NCBI GenBank assembly: GCA_964035545.1
Contig: OZ037767.1
Coordinates: forward strand, 23,452,628 to 23,516,627
Source: Bugula neritina
Taxonomy: Eukaryota > Animalia > Bryozoa
Length of the DNA stretch: 64,000 nucleotides
Direction of reading: 5' to 3'
A program made the translations under genes and the position numbers. This document shows positions 59,640-64,000 of this stretch, piece after piece. Positions within the stretch are counted from its first letter, which is position 1; every line of letters begins with the position of its first letter. A model generated the notes under the pieces. It was given only the letters and a program-made list of their open reading frames with translations. It had not been told where the DNA came from and did not search any database.

Positions 59640-59770
59640 ATCAATTATTATGGTTATCCAACGTGACAGATTACTAACATCGAAGGGGCGTGGTCAAGAT
59701 AAAGACAATTTCACCATCTATTGGTTAATTTTTACCCAATCTGTTCAATTAGAAATGTATATAAGCACCG
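59640..59770. promoter_or_regulatory. Candidate core promoter elements between divergent PDXK and VPS13D
   Basis: GC-box-like GGGGCGTGG (59685-59693), ATTGG (59720-59724) and CCAAT (59736-59740) within 200 bp of the PDXK ATG. Confidence 0.45.
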
Positions 59771-60994
59771 TTTCGTAAAAGCTGTGTTTTATTTATAAAT
59801 ACAATTCAAAATTAAACTGTGTAAATATAAAAAATATTATTTAAAAAATGCAATATAATCAAATTTAAATTTTGTGTACTGAGTTAATTTTATTACCATT
59901 TTAATTGGGAGTTGAAGTTAGTTTCGTCTTTCGAAAACATTGTAAATTATACCGAGCACATTTAGCTCCAATCTACTTCTAGCAACTCAAAGTTATTATC
60001 TCTACTAGTACTAATGTTCAATTTATTTGCTTAGCGATCAGTTTGAATAAGTTAAAATAAGAAAATCTTTATTAATGATATATATTATTATAATAGAAAT
60101 ATTCTATGTTGATTTTTCGTTTTTCTTAAGTTAGGCGAATGATCATAATAATGATGATGATCACTTTAAGTTTATCATTATCATTGAGATGATGATCATG
60201 ATGATGATGATCATCATCACAGCAATAACATTATGATTAACTATCAGTATCAAGATGATTGATAATGATGATCTGTTAATCATACTATTTACGGTTATAG
60301 TTAAACTTAATGTTATTAATATTATAACTGTATAACTATAACTATAAGTGTTATTCTTATCTTAATTTTGTAAGTTATATTTATAATTTATTAATTTAAA
60401 TTATAGTAATGCTGAACTAAATTATCATTATGCTTATACTTATAGTTATACTAAATTTGTAGTTATAAGCCTAGGGTTATACTTATAAATATATCAATAT
60501 TAATATTAGTAATATGAATATAGTAATGGTTATATACTTTATGATTATCATTTTGTTTCTGATGAAGTGATTATGAATATGATTATATATATGCTAGGCC
60601 ACGGCTGTGAAAGGTGACCAATAGTATTTTGTTTTTGTGCAGTGTTCAAAGAATAGTTAACTCTTTTATAGTCTTTGTATAGGTTACTAGATTTTTTTTG
60701 CTGTTTAATTGTTTTTAACAAGTTGCCTGGAGTAATGTTTTTTGATGTCTAGCAGTTGAAATTGCATATTTTATTATCTAATTACTTCAATAAAAAGTTA
60801 TATTGAAAATTTCACTTTGAATTCATTTAGTGAATGATTGAATAGTTAATGATTTAGTTTTAAGCTTTATAGTTATAGCATGTTATTTATTAATCTATTT
60901 TCAAATAAATGTGTTGTAATAATGAAATTATATTGTTTGCAGATGTTACATCTACTATACCTATTGCTGTAAATGGTCATGAATAATCGTAAAT

Positions 60995-62191
60995 ATGTTA
61001 GAGAAACTAGTAGCATGGATTCTAAACTCCTACCTGGGAGATTACCTGGAGCTGAATACAGATCAGCTTTCAGTTGGAATTCTAAGTGGACAAGTTGAAT
61101 TGGAAAATATCCCTTTGAAAAGTTCCGCCTTTGAAAAATATGACCTTCCTTTAGAGGTGAAATCGGGTAAGTTTGAATTGGCATTCATTTGGTACTCTTT
61201 ACTTTTGCTGGTTTTTTTACTGGCAAGTATTGTGTTCTAAGTGTGAATGTTGTTTTATTAGGTTTGGTTGGTAAAATAAAACTGTCCATTCCGGTTGCTG
61301 GACTGAGCTCTCAGCCATGGGTGATAGAAGTGAGCAATGTATACGTTGTTGTGAAACCCAGGCCTCACTACCAGGTTGGTATTCAATGAAGGTTACAATC
61401 TATTAGGGATAGCAGTATTTCTCTACTCTCTTCGTGTTAGTAAGTAAGGTGTAGATACTTCTTTTAAAGTTTCTGAGCTAACTTATCATCTTTGATTCAG
61501 AATAATAATGGTATTTAGCTTATGATATATTTTATATATAAACATTGTTTAGACATTAGCCAATAGGAATATCTTGTTATGTTGGCTCTAGTATGATGAG
61601 GAATCAATAAAAGCATGGTCAGCTGAGAATAAAAAGCGCTTGTTACAGGACTTGGAGAACAGCTGGAAGGTTAGTTTACCAATTTTAAGGTACGGAATTC
61701 TGATGGTTGTCTAAGCATGATGTAGCAGTGAAAGGGTGTGGAAGTTAGTTGCAAATTATACATCAATATTATAATACTATGGCGATCTGAAAACCTGATT
61801 TTATTGTACACGAAACAATTTTTGAGCCATAATGATTGTTTTGATTTTGTGTATAAACAGAGTTGGGAGTTGTAGAATCACTGAAGCCATTGGAACTGGT
61901 GAGTTTTGCGGTGATGTTTAGGTGAAAGGTTTTTAATTACACAGCTACGTGAATCAATCTTTGTTTCCATTTTGTTTTGGGTAGTTGGAACGGCAGCCTA
62001 GCAAACCTGCTAATTCATCCTATAGCTCCTGGATGTCTTATGGCACAGGCATTGCTACTAATATTATGGAAAACCTTCAGGTCAGTTTTCCTGTACTCGG
62101 CATGTGATAATTTAAATATAATACAACAAAAATGTATATATTATGTAATGATGAATATATAATAGAATAATGCATGTGTAGTTTAGTAACG

Positions 62192-62248
<57 letters not shown>

Positions 62249-64000
62249 CATTTGTATATAATATAGAATGTTGTTATGTACACATTATATAATTATGTAT
62301 ATATAATACAAATATGTACATGTAGTATGATTATGTATGTATAATGCAGTTGTGTATATAATATAATCATGTATATGTAATAAAAAGATGTATATATGAT
62401 ATAATAAAGCATATATGCTGATTCTTTCATTTGCTTCCTTGCAATCTACAGTTCTTTATTGTTGAGAAATCTAACCAAAAAACTTCTCCATCAGCTGGAA
62501 TGGAATTTGAGCTAGCCAAATGACTTTATGACTTTACTGTTTAAAGTCTAAAATGTTTTTGTAGATGCTATATATTTATAAATCTACCTGTTCCCATGTT
62601 CTTTCTCGTGTCCTTCTTTGTTTTCGAATCTTAGTAGAAGCAGGTTAAACTTGTGTTATTAACAAACCAAATATACTACATCATGCTGTTCTTCATTGTT
62701 GTCAATTTTCCTGGCTGTACTTCTTGTTCACTTTATGCCTTCTATTTAAAAACATAGATGCCTTGATGTAACTGTATCTGCTACGAGGATTTGTATCCTA
62801 CATAGTAACTGTTGGTGTACCTGTTACAGTTGAAGCTGCTGAAATTACACATCAGGTATGAGAGTGAGGGAGGCCATGATGCATCTGCGTTCTCCTTTGG
62901 CATCACCATAGACAAGTTGGCAGCACAGAGCACAGATCAGAACTGGGTGTGTGGCTTATTGTTTTTAAGATTGTCTTTCCTATCTTTCTTTGCTATGGTA
63001 CTGCGTGTTCCACAATATGTTGTCATTGCAGTTTCAAACCAACTTTCCAAATAAGTGATGAGAAAGCTCTATAAAGTCACAGTGCTCCAAATAACTCTAT
63101 TTAAATTAATGATTATTAACCTGTTATTCGAACAGTTTATATCAAAGTGATGGCAAATTTAACCTGAGTAAACAAATTTTTTGTAATTTCTACTAATTTT
63201 CATGTTGCATTCTTAATTAGACATAAAAAGTCCACAAAAATTCAATAAGAACAGAGATTAAAGTGATATAGAAAATATAATACAAGTAGAATAGAAAATA
63301 GAACAATAGAAATTCAGCAACAAACGAAGAATAAAGTAGTATGAAATATGTGATAACATTAGTATATTGTATTAGTATTAAATAACATCTGTGTGCCATC
63401 ATCAGGTTTTCAATGGAGCATTTTCATCTCTATCTTTCTGAGTAGATAATCAATATCATCAAGATATTTAGCTGTGTTTTACCCCCTAGCCTATAAGTTC
63501 TGTCACTTTTTGCACTATAAAACTTGTTGGGCCAATCCTTAGGCTAACTAACTTATTAGAAACTAGGTTATGATTAGTCGAATGCAGAATTAACGAACTT
63601 CAAATACCTTATGTTGTATAGATAAGCTTTGGTTTACAGTGAAGGGTAGATTTCTGATATTATATTTTTACTAGAGCTTTTTTAACCTTTCTTAAATGCT
63701 TTCCTGCCTTATCTAACATACAAATATATTGTATTTTAAGTTTAAAGCTTTTCCAAAGCTGTTCACTATTAATTATATAGTAATTAGCATTCTGCTCTGT
63801 GTAATATTTATTTTGATACAGTCACTTTTTGATTGTCTTTAAATCATTGTCTTGTCTGACATGACTTTTAGGTTCCACAATATGTGAGCAGTAGCACTGG
63901 CTCAGTAGTCCACAAGATGGTAGAGTTGGTGGGTATGTCTCTTTACTGGGACCACCACAATACAACTGTGTCCAAGGCCCTCAGTCTAAAAGAACAGCTA
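60995..64000 (+). CDS. VPS13D: VPS13D-like lipid transfer protein, N-terminal chorein domain (runs off the window)
   Basis: Exons 60995-61166, 61262-61374, 61592-61669, 61985-62080, 62830-62946, 63872->64000 in phase. [59 protein letters not shown]; the LVAW/NTDQLSV signature favours the D paralogue. Confidence 0.9.
62192..62244. repeat. (TA)n microsatellite
   Basis: Direct reading. Confidence 0.95.

Overview
AT-rich animal (invertebrate-like) genomic DNA with compact GT-AG spliced genes, all assembled by hand. Left to right: 5' exons of an unidentified minus-strand gene (4549-7301); MIX23/CCDC58 (-), head-to-head with CSTF1 (+); a CEP15/C3orf14-like gene (-); an unidentified 335-aa basic coiled-coil gene (+); a single-exon four-jointed kinase (+); pyridoxal kinase PDXK (-), head-to-head with the 5' end of VPS13D (+). 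Two young retroelements are present. (1) A complete 7.57-kb Ty3/gypsy element (16317-23890) lies antisense in MIX23 intron 1. It has 271-bp LTRs with 2 mismatches, an ATAT TSD, a tRNA-Leu PBS and an intact gag-pol. Its Gag CCHC knuckle appears to have lost all three cysteines, and the env position holds an extra 362-aa ORF with C2H2 zinc fingers, a basic patch and a coiled coil. This is the best candidate for a novel system. (2) A 5'-truncated CR1/L2-group LINE has its (AAAC)n tail directly against the four-jointed stop codon. Other signals: seven tandem copies of a CSTF1 splice donor, degenerate A[CG]TATN hexamer tracts near gene starts, a 20-bp minisatellite of E-box/M-box motifs, MITEs, SINE relics and microsatellites. 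Homology calls rest on recalled motifs and sequences, not database searches.
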